Shown here in pieces: positions 19,969 to 30,392 of a stretch of DNA of 64,000 nt (position 1 is its first letter; each line of letters opens with the position of its first letter). The translations under genes were made by a program, and so were the position numbers. The notes under the pieces were generated by a model. It saw only the letters and a program-made list of their open reading frames with translations, had not been told where the DNA came from and did no database searches. The stretch lies in IMG/VR virus record IMGVR_UViG_3300022200_000019, positions 62,001 to 126,000 of that record; one strand, 5' to 3'.

Positions 19969-20193
19969 ATGCATCACAATCCATTCACTGTTTATGAATC
20001 ACCCGACGGCGGTAAAACTGTATACCAACGTAGCATAGGGTCAACCGAACGCAGATTAGTAAAATCTGGTCAATATGACGAGTGGAATGGGTTTGCGCTT
20101 AGATACGACTGGGACGGTCTGGCAGAACGACACCCAGCAATACTGGAACAACTAGAACGATTAAAAGTATTGGCGGAGTTATGCAACAAATAA
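19969..20193 (+). CDS. Hypothetical protein
   Basis: VYESPDGGKTVYQR; ATG 4 nt after TTAAATA. Confidence 0.55.
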   Translation: MHHNPFTVYESPDGGKTVYQRSIGSTERRLVKSGQYDEWNGFALRYDWDGLAERHPAILEQLERLKVLAELCNK

Positions 20194-20591
20194 AAATATG
20201 CACAGCGTTTGATATAACACCCACTGGAGTCAACAGACCATTCCGCCATCAAAATTTACCAGCCAGAATTAATAATCTGCAAATTAACACCGTTGATGAA
20301 TGGAATCATTATCGACGCCAACACAGCAACTGGCAAACTGTGTTACAAATATTGTTGTTTAGAACTCAGCCTGTGCAAATGTCAGACATAACTGCACAAG
20401 ATAACGTCTGGTGCTTTACATTTGTGAATGAAACCACAGATGTTTTTTTATTAAATAATGACCCAGTGGGCGCACTAAAACAGGACTTTGAAGGAACACC
20501 CATCATAGTGGGTCTGGATGAAAAAACATCAGTGCTACCATATATACACACGCATGGTACAGATCAAAATATCTGGATTACTGAATTATGA
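20181..20591 (+). CDS. Hypothetical protein
   Basis: Coupled ORF in a late cluster. Confidence 0.55.
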   Translation: MQQIKICTAFDITPTGVNRPFRHQNLPARINNLQINTVDEWNHYRRQHSNWQTVLQILLFRTQPVQMSDITAQDNVWCFTFVNETTDVFLLNNDPVGALKQDFEGTPIIVGLDEKTSVLPYIHTHGTDQNIWITEL

Positions 20592-21049
20592 TTAACATAG
20601 ACAAGATAACCGAGAAAGTCAAACAATTCTTTGATCGTGAAGGATTACCACCCATTGTTCAAGATGGTGAATGTTACCATGTGCTGGGCAAGTACATGAT
20701 CAACCACACAAACCATGTGTATGAATTATATAAACATGATCAGTATGTGAACACAGTAGCATCCAGTGCAGTTGCACTCAGTTGGTGTATATTTGACAAT
20801 AAAAATGATTGGATGCACACACACCAGTTGTTAACAAATGATAAAAAAATTCAGGAATATCGTTTTCAGATCGAAAACAGGAAACGCATACTAAAAACTG
20901 CCAAAGATCCTGATGATCGTGAATGGTTGCTGATCAGAATTGCTGAAGATCTGGAACGTATGCGAGAGGCAAAACGCAATCTTGATAAAACTGTTAAATT
21001 GACTAAATATATTAAAATTAAGGGATTTAACGATTATGAATCTAGATGA
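20588..21049 (+). CDS. Hypothetical protein
   Basis: ATGA-coupled ORF. Confidence 0.55.
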   Translation: MINIDKITEKVKQFFDREGLPPIVQDGECYHVLGKYMINHTNHVYELYKHDQYVNTVASSAVALSWCIFDNKNDWMHTHQLLTNDKKIQEYRFQIENRKRILKTAKDPDDREWLLIRIAEDLERMREAKRNLDKTVKLTKYIKIKGFNDYESR

Positions 21050-21911
21050 TCTATCACCAGAGCTTAATGCACGCAAACTTTCAGAAGCATACAGTACCCA
21101 GTTTGGTCGCAAAGTAAATGTGTCCACAGTTACGCACGATGCTGCTGTAAAAATGTTGCATGAAACACGTGAACGTATTGCTGAAATTAAGAGCAGTCGT
21201 AGTGGACACTTCAGAGAAACCAATCCAACCTATCTAAAATTAATGTTTATGGAACAAGCTCTAAGTGCTAGAGTTGCAGAATCCCAACCAGAATCAAAGG
21301 TTAAAGTTATGAATTCAAAAGCAAAATATATGAATGCTGTTAAAACTGTAGCAGTTGGCGGTAAATTAACTGAAAGCGAACTAAAAGCTCTAGGTGTTAG
21401 CAAGAACTTATTGAGCGTTCTAGAAAGCCGCGATAGTGCTATTAAGTTTATGAGCAAGATTGTCGAAGCTAGCAAGTGCAAGAAAAAGAAAATGATGGAA
21501 GGTACGGAAGTAGATCAAGCGCAGGTTGTACTAGCAGCACAAGACATGGTTGATCAAGTTCAGAAGATGATCGAAAACATGACTGATCTAAAAGTTAAAG
21601 AACTACCAGCATTAGTTGATGGTATTAAAGGCGAGCAAGGTGTTGACGCTGCTGGCCAATTCCAAAGCACAGTTGATGGCGCATTACAAGGCTTAATTGA
21701 CGCACTAAGTGGTGCTAAAGGTGAACTAGAATCAGCAGTTGGTGTTATCACTGGTGAAGAAATGAGCGTACCGGGCGAAGAAGATATGGGCATGGGCGAC
21801 ATGGATATGGACGCTGAATTACCACCAGAACCAGAAATGGATATGGAACCTGAAATGCCTGAAGAAGAGCCAGGCGATGAACTAAGCAACTTAGGTCGGG
21901 AGCGCATCTAA
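21036..21911 (+). CDS. Probable head/scaffold-associated protein
   Basis: Helical, acidic Pro/Met-rich tail, several (L/V)xE sites. Confidence 0.45.
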   Translation: MNLDDLSPELNARKLSEAYSTQFGRKVNVSTVTHDAAVKMLHETRERIAEIKSSRSGHFRETNPTYLKLMFMEQALSARVAESQPESKVKVMNSKAKYMNAVKTVAVGGKLTESELKALGVSKNLLSVLESRDSAIKFMSKIVEASKCKKKKMMEGTEVDQAQVVLAAQDMVDQVQKMIENMTDLKVKELPALVDGIKGEQGVDAAGQFQSTVDGALQGLIDALSGAKGELESAVGVITGEEMSVPGEEDMGMGDMDMDAELPPEPEMDMEPEMPEEEPGDELSNLGRERI

Positions 21912-22270
21912 TGAACGAAATCTACACTATCTTACAAAACTTTAACAACGTTGCTAAACCAGTGGCAGAAGAAACTGTTACTGAAGCAGTTGAATTTGAT
22001 CCACAAGAATTTGAATACATCATGGATGAGATCGCAAATCTTGCAGATCAAGCTCTAGGAATGCTACCAGACGAAGAACGCCGCGCAGCCGAATATTATT
22101 GGCATAGACATATTTTAGGTGCTATTGGCGGAGATCACGGCGGTGATATCCTGGGCGGTAGTATGCACACGATGGCAAATTCGTTAACAAACGTAGCATA
22201 TAGCAGCGACGAAGATGAAGACGAAGCCTGGGAATCAATTGAACGCACAGCGCAAAATCTTCTAAAATAA
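21911..22270 (+). CDS. Hypothetical acidic protein
   Basis: TAATG-coupled ORF. Confidence 0.55.
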   Translation: MNEIYTILQNFNNVAKPVAEETVTEAVEFDPQEFEYIMDEIANLADQALGMLPDEERRAAEYYWHRHILGAIGGDHGGDILGGSMHTMANSLTNVAYSSDEDEDEAWESIERTAQNLLK

Positions 22271-22608
22271 TGAACATCCGCGATATCATCCGTGAAGCCG
22301 ACGGCGAAGAATTAGCAGCATTAGCTCAGTTCTTTGTTGGTCGTGCTGATGATGAAAACGCAGCAGGCGAAATCAGTGTAGATGCTTTTATGCAAATGGC
22401 TAGTAAGATGGGCATTAACATTGACCGCGATACACTACAATCAGCAGTTCAATCAGGCCAGTTTGGTGCTATTGCTGACATGAACGACGATAAAATCACA
22501 TTCAAAAGCAAAAAACAAGCAGAAGTAAATCCACAAAACATGAGCATGGATCATGCTAAAATGACCATGAAGCAAGCAGCAAAACGTGCAGCAAACAAAA
22601 GAAAATAA
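22270..22608 (+). CDS. Hypothetical protein
   Basis: TAATG-coupled; MNIRDIIRE N-terminus, basic C-terminus. Confidence 0.55.
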   Translation: MNIRDIIREADGEELAALAQFFVGRADDENAAGEISVDAFMQMASKMGINIDRDTLQSAVQSGQFGAIADMNDDKITFKSKKQAEVNPQNMSMDHAKMTMKQAAKRAANKRK

Positions 22609-22637
22609 TTGACAAATCTTGTATAGTGTTATATAAT
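22609..22637 (+). promoter_or_regulatory. Sigma70-type promoter with an overlapping 11-bp inverted repeat
   Basis: TTGACA-17-TATAAT; atagtgttata/tataacactat at 22623-22647. Confidence 0.75.
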
Positions 22638-22645
22638 ATAACACT

Positions 22646-23368
22646 ATGTCTAAATTAATAAAACGATACGATTATAAGAACCTATCTCGTGAACAAGTAG
22701 ACGGCAAACGTTTATATGCCACACCAGACGGCAGCAGAGTTCCTTCAGTAACTACTATCCTGGACAAGACTAAGCCTGCAGAAGCCAAACAAGCTCTCAT
22801 GGAGTGGAAAAAAAGAGTTGGTGTAGAAAAAGCACAACAGATCACCACAGAAGCTGCCAATCGTGGCACACGCATGCACACCTATCTGGAAAACTATGTG
22901 CTTACTGGCGAAATCAAAGACAAAGGAAGCAATCCGTTTGGTTGGGCCAGCCACGACATGGCACAGGAAGTAATTCACAAAGGTCTAATACATGCAGATG
23001 AATTCTGGGGTACGGAAGTTCCACTGTATTTTCCAGGCATCTATGCTGGAACCACAGACTGTGTGGGTGTGCATCAGGGTGCGCCAGCCATTCTGGACTT
23101 CAAACAATCCAACAAACCCAAGAAAACGGAATGGATCACAGATTACTTTTTGCAATTGGCCGCATACTCAGAAGCACACAACGAAGTGTATGGCACTAAA
23201 ATTAACAAAGGTGTCATCCTGATGTGTGTTCGCCCCACAGAATCAGAACCAGGAATCTACACCAAACCACCTGAATATCAGGAATGGATCATTGAAGGTT
23301 CAGAATTTGAACACTGGCGTAATGAATGGTGGAAACGAGTAGAACAGTTTTACATGGAGAAAAAATAA
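22646..23368 (+). CDS. PD-(D/E)XK exonuclease (RecB/Cas4-like phage exonuclease)
   Basis: PSVTTIL, RGTRMH, YAGTTD, LDFKQS, QLAAY. Confidence 0.8.
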   Translation: MSKLIKRYDYKNLSREQVDGKRLYATPDGSRVPSVTTILDKTKPAEAKQALMEWKKRVGVEKAQQITTEAANRGTRMHTYLENYVLTGEIKDKGSNPFGWASHDMAQEVIHKGLIHADEFWGTEVPLYFPGIYAGTTDCVGVHQGAPAILDFKQSNKPKKTEWITDYFLQLAAYSEAHNEVYGTKINKGVILMCVRPTESEPGIYTKPPEYQEWIIEGSEFEHWRNEWWKRVEQFYMEKK

Positions 23369-24063
23369 TGCCAATTCATTCTCCAGAATATAAATCTTTT
23401 TATAGAAAAACGAGAAGAAAAGTTTCGAGTTACAAATCAGAAAATGGAGAGTTTGTTGAATCTATTGCACACAATGATTTCATGGCATTGGAAAAGTGGA
23501 TGCGAAGTTTTACTACTGGAGGCTGTCCTAAAAAGAAAGATGTAGAATTAGCAAAACTTGAAATCAAAAACTTGCCAGAAAAATTACACGAGTATGCGTG
23601 GATGAGATTTGATGATTATAACAAGTTTCGTAAGATTTATCAACAGATACAATATCGCTGGAACGATATACAACAGAATAATTATAAAAAAAAGTTTAAT
23701 GAAGAGTTTAAATGGAGGCAACTAGCAAACGGAATCCTTAATCGACAAGAAAAAAAAGAAGTTGAAAAAGAGTGGACACAAGATAAATCTCTTTTAATAG
23801 AATATCTTAAAATGCTATATGAAAAACAAAATAAAATTTGTCCGCTATCTAAACAGCCAATGATTATTGAACGTAATTCTCCAAACTCTCCAAGTGTTGA
23901 CAGAATTGATAGTACCAAAGGATATATCAAGGGAAATATACAAATAACTTGTGTCTGGGCAAATAGAATGAAATTTGATTTGCCCATGGACGAGTTTAAA
24001 GATAAAATAGAAATTTTGCATAGATCATTTGAACAAGACGCAAAGCCTAACTCGTATAAATAG
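23368..24063 (+). CDS. Free-standing HNH-type (homing) endonuclease
   Basis: CPLS...SVDRIDSTKGYIKGNIQITCVWANRMK; ATG 23368 after GGAG. Confidence 0.65.
   Translation: MPIHSPEYKSFYRKTRRKVSSYKSENGEFVESIAHNDFMALEKWMRSFTTGGCPKKKDVELAKLEIKNLPEKLHEYAWMRFDDYNKFRKIYQQIQYRWNDIQQNNYKKKFNEEFKWRQLANGILNRQEKKEVEKEWTQDKSLLIEYLKMLYEKQNKICPLSKQPMIIERNSPNSPSVDRIDSTKGYIKGNIQITCVWANRMKFDLPMDEFKDKIEILHRSFEQDAKPNSYK
24055..24062 (+). promoter_or_regulatory. T4-type late promoter
   Basis: TATAAATA upstream of the tail gene. Confidence 0.7.
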
Positions 24064-24091
24064 TATAATAAATTAACTGGATCATAAACAC

Positions 24092-25714
24092 ATGGCTATT
24101 GTTCAAATTTCTCGCATAACTCACCGCAAAGGTTTATATGAAAATTTACCACAACTTGCAGGCGGTGAGCTTGGATGGGCCGTAGATGAACAGAAATTGT
24201 TCATTGGCAACGGAACCCTTGTAGATGGTGCGCCCATTGTTGGTAATACAGAAATCTTAACCGAACATTCTGATATTTTAAGCATTTTTAATTCTTATAC
24301 TTACAAGGGTGAAGTCGTAAGTCCCTTGGATGCAAATAGTAAAGCAGTGGTGGTGGTACAAACAGGGTCAACACCAACAAATCCTGTTACCAGAACAATC
24401 CAATCCAAGTTAGATGATTTTGCCAGTGTTAAAGACTTTGGAGCAGTCGGCGATGGTGTAGTGGACGACACTGATGCAATCAATCGTGCTCTTAACGAAC
24501 TGTTTACCAATCAAAACAACGAAGAAATACGTCGTAGTTTGTTTTTCCCAGCTGGTGTATATCTGATCACTGGAACAATATTAATTCCATCATATGCCAA
24601 AATTTATGGCGAAGGCAAGGAAAGCACAATTATTCGTTATACCAGTCCTGATAGTACCATTGAAGATTATGTGGTACGGACTGTGGATTCACTTCAACAG
24701 TCGGGTGTTAATATTGCTACTAATGGTGCAACTCGTCCGCAGTATATTGAAGTTTCATCCATGAGTTTTGAAACCACTGAACAAATGAATGTTTTATTGG
24801 TAGAAAAATCCATAGCTTGTAACTTTGACAGCGTGAGATTTGCTGGATCGCTGACACAAGACGAACTTCGAGACAATTTTGAAAATACATCTGCCATCAC
24901 TATTGTTAGCAGCAGCAGTCTGGTCACACAGGATATCATTTTTGATAAATGCACAACTACCGGTACTACCTATGGCATATACATCGATTACAATTGTGAA
25001 GGCATTACATTTAGCAATGGCAGAATGCAAGTACATTACCGCGGAGTATCACTGGGTGCTTCGCCTGTAAACTCTGGCCCCACTGGTGTGCGTATTTTTG
25101 CTACTATTTTTGATGATATTTTTGCCGAGGGTATTTACATTGGTAATGTAATTAACAATGTGAGTTCCATGAATTTGTACCTGGATGTTGGTAATCAGTT
25201 CAACGGTGCCGGTAACCCAGCAGTTTCAGTGATCAACATCAACAATGTAAACAACATCAGTTTTGGAGACATGTTTGCCAGAGATGACACTGATAATCTG
25301 AGTCAACCCAGAATTGAACTAAACGATCTGGGCGGTATTGCGTTTGACGGTGGTAAATCCATCAAATATGGAAATTACGAGCGTTCAGTCTCATTGATTG
25401 CTACACTTGCTGACAATGTGTCTACCCCATTGGCTATCAGTCATGAAGTTCTGGATATTGATTTGCTTTATGGGTTCAGAATTGAATATTCATTAACCAG
25501 AGATAGTTCAGCACGCACTGGTACTATCATTGTTGCTCCAGATCAGTCCGGATCAAACACTCCTATCTATAACGAGGATTATGTTGAGTCTGGAACAACC
25601 GGTGTGACTTTTACTATTTCACAAGTATCAGATAAATTATATCTGAATTATACTACTACCAGTACTGGACAAACTTGTAATTTAAATTACAGCGTTGTTA
25701 AATTCTTAAGATAA
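24092..25714 (+). CDS. Tail fibre/spike protein with pectate-lyase-like beta-helix
   Basis: LAGGELGWAVDEQKLFIGNG N-terminal anchor; SVKDFGAVGDGVVDDTDAINRA, FPAGVY. Confidence 0.75.
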   Translation: MAIVQISRITHRKGLYENLPQLAGGELGWAVDEQKLFIGNGTLVDGAPIVGNTEILTEHSDILSIFNSYTYKGEVVSPLDANSKAVVVVQTGSTPTNPVTRTIQSKLDDFASVKDFGAVGDGVVDDTDAINRALNELFTNQNNEEIRRSLFFPAGVYLITGTILIPSYAKIYGEGKESTIIRYTSPDSTIEDYVVRTVDSLQQSGVNIATNGATRPQYIEVSSMSFETTEQMNVLLVEKSIACNFDSVRFAGSLTQDELRDNFENTSAITIVSSSSLVTQDIIFDKCTTTGTTYGIYIDYNCEGITFSNGRMQVHYRGVSLGASPVNSGPTGVRIFATIFDDIFAEGIYIGNVINNVSSMNLYLDVGNQFNGAGNPAVSVININNVNNISFGDMFARDDTDNLSQPRIELNDLGGIAFDGGKSIKYGNYERSVSLIATLADNVSTPLAISHEVLDIDLLYGFRIEYSLTRDSSARTGTIIVAPDQSGSNTPIYNEDYVESGTTGVTFTISQVSDKLYLNYTTTSTGQTCNLNYSVVKFLR

Positions 25715-26133
25715 TGTGGGCCACTCGATATGATGATCGCCTGCTTGAATGGAGAAATCTCAGATCTGAATCTGTTATTCTTGATCTGGAACCAGCACTC
25801 ATACAAGTAGATACCTGGTGGCAACGTGCTCCATTATCCAATCGTTATCTGCACATGGATGAATATGAAAAATGGCCGCTTCCCTGGGATTTATTGGCAG
25901 ATGACATCTATGATGATCTTGCAAAGTGCCTGGGAATCTGTTATACTTTAATGCTATTAAAGCATCCAGATATTCAAACCATTGACATATTACAACTAGA
26001 AGACTTTTACGTTGTGGCAGTGAACAATGACTACATATTAAATTATATACCCAACGAAATAGTAAATAGAAATACAATTGATGGTTTCAAAATCAAAAGA
26101 TCGTTATCAAGCGACAACATAACACTAGAATAA
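25714..26133 (+). CDS. Hypothetical protein
   Basis: TAATG-coupled ORF, WPLPWDLL motif. Confidence 0.55.
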   Translation: MWATRYDDRLLEWRNLRSESVILDLEPALIQVDTWWQRAPLSNRYLHMDEYEKWPLPWDLLADDIYDDLAKCLGICYTLMLLKHPDIQTIDILQLEDFYVVAVNNDYILNYIPNEIVNRNTIDGFKIKRSLSSDNITLE

Positions 26134-26145
26134 CAAGAGGCAAAA

Positions 26146-28416
26146 ATGAGTGATATTACGGTGACCAAGCGTGACGGACGCAAGGAACTTCTTGACCTTG
26201 AAAAAATGCACAAGGTTGTATTTTGGGCAACAGAAAACATTACAGGTGTAAGTGCTTCAGAATTAGAATTAAAAAGCCACTTACAATTTTATCAAGGTAT
26301 TTCAACACCGGATATTCAAGAGACATTAATCAAAGCAGCAGCAGATCTAATCAGCGAAGAAACTCCTAATTATCAGTATGTTGCTGGCAGACTTATTTGC
26401 TACCACTTGCGCAAAGAAGTCTATGGCAACTTTAAGCCTTGGCACATCAGAAAGTTAGTAGATCAAAACGTAGAACTTGGCTTGTATGATCCAGAGCTTC
26501 CTGCATTATATGACAACGCAGAATGGGATTACATTAATTCGTTTATTAAACATGAACGGGACGAACATCTAACCTATGCTGCTATGGAACAAATGCGCGG
26601 CAAGTATCTTGTTCAAAACCGTGTAACTAAACAAATTTATGAAACACCACAAGTAGCATACGCACTTATTGCTGCTACACTATTTGCCGATCATCCACGA
26701 GATACTCGTATGCGCTGGGTCAAAGACTATTATGATGCAATTTCCACACATCAAGTAAGTCTGCCTACTCCTGTTATGGCAGGTGTGCGTACAAGTCAGC
26801 GTCAATTCAGTAGTTGTGTACTGATTGAAACAGACGACTCGTTAGACTCAATCAATGCAACTACCAGTTCGATTGTTAAGTATGTTTCACAGAAAGCAGG
26901 CATTGGTGTAGGTGCTGGTCGCATTCGCGCTATCAAGAGTCCTATTCGCAAGGGCGATGCGTATCACACGGGTGTTATTCCGTTCTATAAACTATTTCAA
27001 GCAGCAACACGCTCTTGTTCACAGGGTGGTGTGCGTAATGGCGCTGCTACACTATACTATCCTGTTTGGCATCTTGAAGTAGAAGATCTGCTGGTACTTA
27101 AAAACAACAAAGGTACAGACGATAATCGTGTACGTCATATGGATTACGGTGTACAGTTTAATAAGGTTATGTACGAACGCTTGTTGAACAATGATTATAT
27201 CACGCTATTTTCACCAAACGATGTTCCTGAGGTTTACGATGCATTCTTCGCAGATGTAGATTTATTCCGCGAGTTATATGAACGTGCAGAACGTAATACG
27301 CATATTCGTCGCAAACGTATTAAAGCAATGGACTTGTTTTCGCAGTTTGTTCAAGAGCGCAAAGACACAGGACGCATTTATCTAATGAATGTAGACCATG
27401 CTAACTCACACGGTGCGTTTGATCCTAAGGTAGCACCTGTTAAACAATCTAACCTATGTTGCGAAATTGACTTGCCAACTAAACCTTTAAATGATATTCA
27501 TGACGAAGAAGGTGAAATTGCGTTGTGTACATTAAGTGCTATTAATTGGGGTGCATTCAAGCAGCCAGAAGACATGCAACGTGCATGCGAGCTTGCAGTA
27601 CGCGGTTTAGATAATTTGCTGAGTTATCAAAATTATCCTATTATTGCAGCACAAATTGCGACAGAAGGTCGTCGCCCGCTTGGAGTTGGTATTATTAACT
27701 TAGCATATTGGTTGGCCAAGCATAATACAAACTATAGTGATCCAGACTTAAAATTAATTGATGCATGGGCACAACATTGGTCATATTATTTGATTAAAGC
27801 AAGTGCAGATTTAGCAGCAGAAAAGGGTGCTTGTCCTTGGTCAGATCAAACCAAATATCATCATGGTATTCTTCCGGTTGACACATATAAATCAGATGTT
27901 GACGAACTCGTTAAACACGTTGATGCAGTAGATTGGAAAGGTTTGCGTAAACAACTTAAAGAAACAGGAATTCGCAACAGTACACTAATGGCACTGATGC
28001 CAGCTGAAACTTCAGCACAGATTTCAAATGCTACAAATGGTGTGGAACCACCACGCAGTTATGTGTCAGTCAAACAATCCAAAGACGGTGTACTCAAGCA
28101 AGTGGTTCCAGAATTCCGCCATTTGAAAAACAAGTATGAGCTTCTCTGGGATCAAAAGTCTCCACTGGGTTATTTAAAGATCATGGCAGTACTACAAAAG
28201 TATATTGATCAGGGCATCTCTGTAAATACTTCATATAATCCACAGTTCTACGAAGATGAAAAGATTCCAATGAGCGAAATGTTACAACATATTCTATTCT
28301 TTTATAAAATGGGTGGAAAACAGTTGTACTATTTCAACACTTTCGACGGTCAGGGCGAAATTGACGTTAATAAGTTAACTGACGAAGATGATTCTTGCGA
28401 AAGTTGTAAAATTTGA
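26146..28416 (+). CDS. nrdA: Ribonucleotide reductase class Ia alpha subunit
   Basis: ATP cone VTKRDGR, SSCVLI, QGGVRNG, SNLCCEI, MPAETS, LYY, C-terminal CESCKI. Confidence 0.97.
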   Translation: MSDITVTKRDGRKELLDLEKMHKVVFWATENITGVSASELELKSHLQFYQGISTPDIQETLIKAAADLISEETPNYQYVAGRLICYHLRKEVYGNFKPWHIRKLVDQNVELGLYDPELPALYDNAEWDYINSFIKHERDEHLTYAAMEQMRGKYLVQNRVTKQIYETPQVAYALIAATLFADHPRDTRMRWVKDYYDAISTHQVSLPTPVMAGVRTSQRQFSSCVLIETDDSLDSINATTSSIVKYVSQKAGIGVGAGRIRAIKSPIRKGDAYHTGVIPFYKLFQAATRSCSQGGVRNGAATLYYPVWHLEVEDLLVLKNNKGTDDNRVRHMDYGVQFNKVMYERLLNNDYITLFSPNDVPEVYDAFFADVDLFRELYERAERNTHIRRKRIKAMDLFSQFVQERKDTGRIYLMNVDHANSHGAFDPKVAPVKQSNLCCEIDLPTKPLNDIHDEEGEIALCTLSAINWGAFKQPEDMQRACELAVRGLDNLLSYQNYPIIAAQIATEGRRPLGVGIINLAYWLAKHNTNYSDPDLKLIDAWAQHWSYYLIKASADLAAEKGACPWSDQTKYHHGILPVDTYKSDVDELVKHVDAVDWKGLRKQLKETGIRNSTLMALMPAETSAQISNATNGVEPPRSYVSVKQSKDGVLKQVVPEFRHLKNKYELLWDQKSPLGYLKIMAVLQKYIDQGISVNTSYNPQFYEDEKIPMSEMLQHILFFYKMGGKQLYYFNTFDGQGEIDVNKLTDEDDSCESCKI

Positions 28417-28426
28417 GGCAAAGAAA

Positions 28427-29557
28427 ATGAGTAAAACAGTATTCCCTACTAAAAATAGAAATCATTTAAAATCAACTGCTTTTTTAGATAAAAACGGCGG
28501 GGTTGGCTTACAGAGATACGAGTCTGTAAAGTACAAGCAATTCGATAAATTTACTGATAAGCAATTGGGATTCTTCTGGAGACCAGAAGAGGTAGACGTA
28601 TTGCGTGATGCTAAAGACTTTAAAGATCTCAACGAGCATGAACAACATATCTTTACATCTAACCTAAAGCGTCAGATTCTGCTAGATAGTGTACAAGGAC
28701 GTTCTCCTAACTTAGCATTGCTGCCTATTGTTAGTATTCCAGAACTTGAAACCTGGATCGAAACCTGGGCGTTTAATGAAACTATTCATAGCCGCAGTTA
28801 CACACACATTATTCGTAATATTTACAGCGATCCAAGCAAAGTGTTTGATGAATTATTAGATGTTAAAGAAATTTACGAAACAGCACAGAGTATTAGTCAA
28901 TATTATGACGACTTAATTGAAGCATCAACTTGGTATCAAATGTTAGGTGAAGGTAAACATAGAATTAACAATGATATTATTGACGTTGATTTATATGACA
29001 TTAAAAAGAAACTCTGGCTTGCTATCAATAGCGTAAACGCACTAGAAGGCGTTCGTTTCTATGTATCGTTTGCGTGTTCGTGGGCGTTTGCTGAACTTAA
29101 AAAGATGGAAGGCAATGCTAAAATCATTAAGTTAATCTGCCGAGACGAAAACCTGCATCTAGCAAGCACACAAACAATGATTAAGATTCTTCCAAAGGAT
29201 GATCCAGATTTTGCTAAAATTGCAGATGAATGCCGGGATGAAGTTGCACAAATGTTTGTTGATGTAGTCGAACAAGAAAAACGATGGGCAGATTATTTGT
29301 TTAAAGACGGGTCAATGATTGGACTTAATTCACAACTGCTCGTTGAGTATGTGGAATGGATTGCTAACAAACGTATGACAAGTTTAGGACTTGATACTCC
29401 ATATAAAGGTGGATCAAACCCACTACCTTGGACACAAAAATGGATTGCAGGTGGTGAAGTACAGGTGGCCCCACAGGAAACGGAAATTAGTTCATATGTT
29501 GTTGGTGGCACCAAACAAGACGTAACAGAAGATACATTCAAAGGATTCAGTTTATGA
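28427..29557 (+). CDS. nrdB: Ribonucleotide reductase class Ia beta subunit
   Basis: FFWRPEE, ETIHSRSY, EGVRFYVSF, RDENLH, VAPQETE; ATG 28427 after GAGG. Confidence 0.97.
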   Translation: MSKTVFPTKNRNHLKSTAFLDKNGGVGLQRYESVKYKQFDKFTDKQLGFFWRPEEVDVLRDAKDFKDLNEHEQHIFTSNLKRQILLDSVQGRSPNLALLPIVSIPELETWIETWAFNETIHSRSYTHIIRNIYSDPSKVFDELLDVKEIYETAQSISQYYDDLIEASTWYQMLGEGKHRINNDIIDVDLYDIKKKLWLAINSVNALEGVRFYVSFACSWAFAELKKMEGNAKIIKLICRDENLHLASTQTMIKILPKDDPDFAKIADECRDEVAQMFVDVVEQEKRWADYLFKDGSMIGLNSQLLVEYVEWIANKRMTSLGLDTPYKGGSNPLPWTQKWIAGGEVQVAPQETEISSYVVGGTKQDVTEDTFKGFSL

Positions 29558-29799
29558 TTAAAATTTATACAAAAACAACCTGCCCCTATTGTGACCAGGC
29601 AAAACAATTATTGGAAGCATTTGGATTCGAATACGAAACAATAAACATTGAGCAGAACGCCGATGCACGCACTTGGTTATTGGACCAAGGACATAAATCA
29701 GTACCGCAGCTTTATATTAAGGATAAGCTGTTAGAGGGCGGGTTTAATGGTCTGCAATCTGTGGGTAAAACCGGCGTACAACAATTATTAGAAGGTTAA
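29554..29799 (+). CDS. Glutaredoxin
   Basis: CPYC, SVPQ, GGF. Confidence 0.9.
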   Translation: MIKIYTKTTCPYCDQAKQLLEAFGFEYETINIEQNADARTWLLDQGHKSVPQLYIKDKLLEGGFNGLQSVGKTGVQQLLEG

Positions 29800-29800
29800 T

Positions 29801-30103
29801 ATGTTCGATTTAAAAACAGGCGAAATTTATAGTTTTAAAATGAATTCTGGAGAAGAAGTTGTGGGTAAAATCCAAACTCAAGGTGCAGATGAACTTGTGT
29901 TAGATCATGCGGTTAGTGTTGCAATGACCCCACAAGGTGTACAGATGATTCCCAGCATGTTTACTGCAAATCCGGCAGGAAAAATCACCATAAATACTAA
30001 GAATGTAACCATGGTATCTGAAACATCGGAAGATGTCATAGCAGCGTATACACAAGCTGTAACTGGAATTAGCACACCAAGCAAGAAGATTATTACAGGA
30101 TAA
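29801..30103 (+). CDS. Hypothetical phage protein
   Basis: KMNSGEEVVG motif typical of small T4-like proteins. Confidence 0.55.
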   Translation: MFDLKTGEIYSFKMNSGEEVVGKIQTQGADELVLDHAVSVAMTPQGVQMIPSMFTANPAGKITINTKNVTMVSETSEDVIAAYTQAVTGISTPSKKIITG

Positions 30104-30104
30104 T

Positions 30105-30392
30105 ATGCCACTAGTTGTTAGAATGGGAGATGTAAATTCAGCAGGAGGTGTTGCAACTTCCGGTGTCGTTACGGTTCTGGCTAATGGACGCCCTGTAGTC
30201 CCTCCAGGTACCAGTGTTACGCCACACACATGCTGCGGAGCAAAAGGGTGTGGTATTCATTGCGGCGCATCGACTACTATGGGTAGCCCTACTGTTTTAG
30301 CAGGCGGAATGCCGGTTGTATTTGTGGGTAGTCCAGACACGTGTGGGCATTCAAGAGCTACTGGTAGTCCAGATGTTATTGTGGGACTATAA
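30105..30392 (+). CDS. PAAR-domain baseplate spike tip protein (T4 gp5.4-like)
   Basis: VRMGD, TVLANGRP, H..C...H, CGH, GSPDV. Confidence 0.85.
   Translation: MPLVVRMGDVNSAGGVATSGVVTVLANGRPVVPPGTSVTPHTCCGAKGCGIHCGASTTMGSPTVLAGGMPVVFVGSPDTCGHSRATGSPDVIVGL

Noticed and set aside
22646-23368. Cas4 as part of a CRISPR system
   Set aside because: No Fe-S cysteine set, no other cas genes or array; ordinary phage PD-(D/E)XK exonuclease
25714-26133. Transglutaminase-like cysteine protease
   Set aside because: Only vague resemblance; no catalytic Cys motif in the expected position
26146-29557. Intron or intein in nrdA/nrdB
   Set aside because: Both are continuous and of normal length, with no splicing motifs
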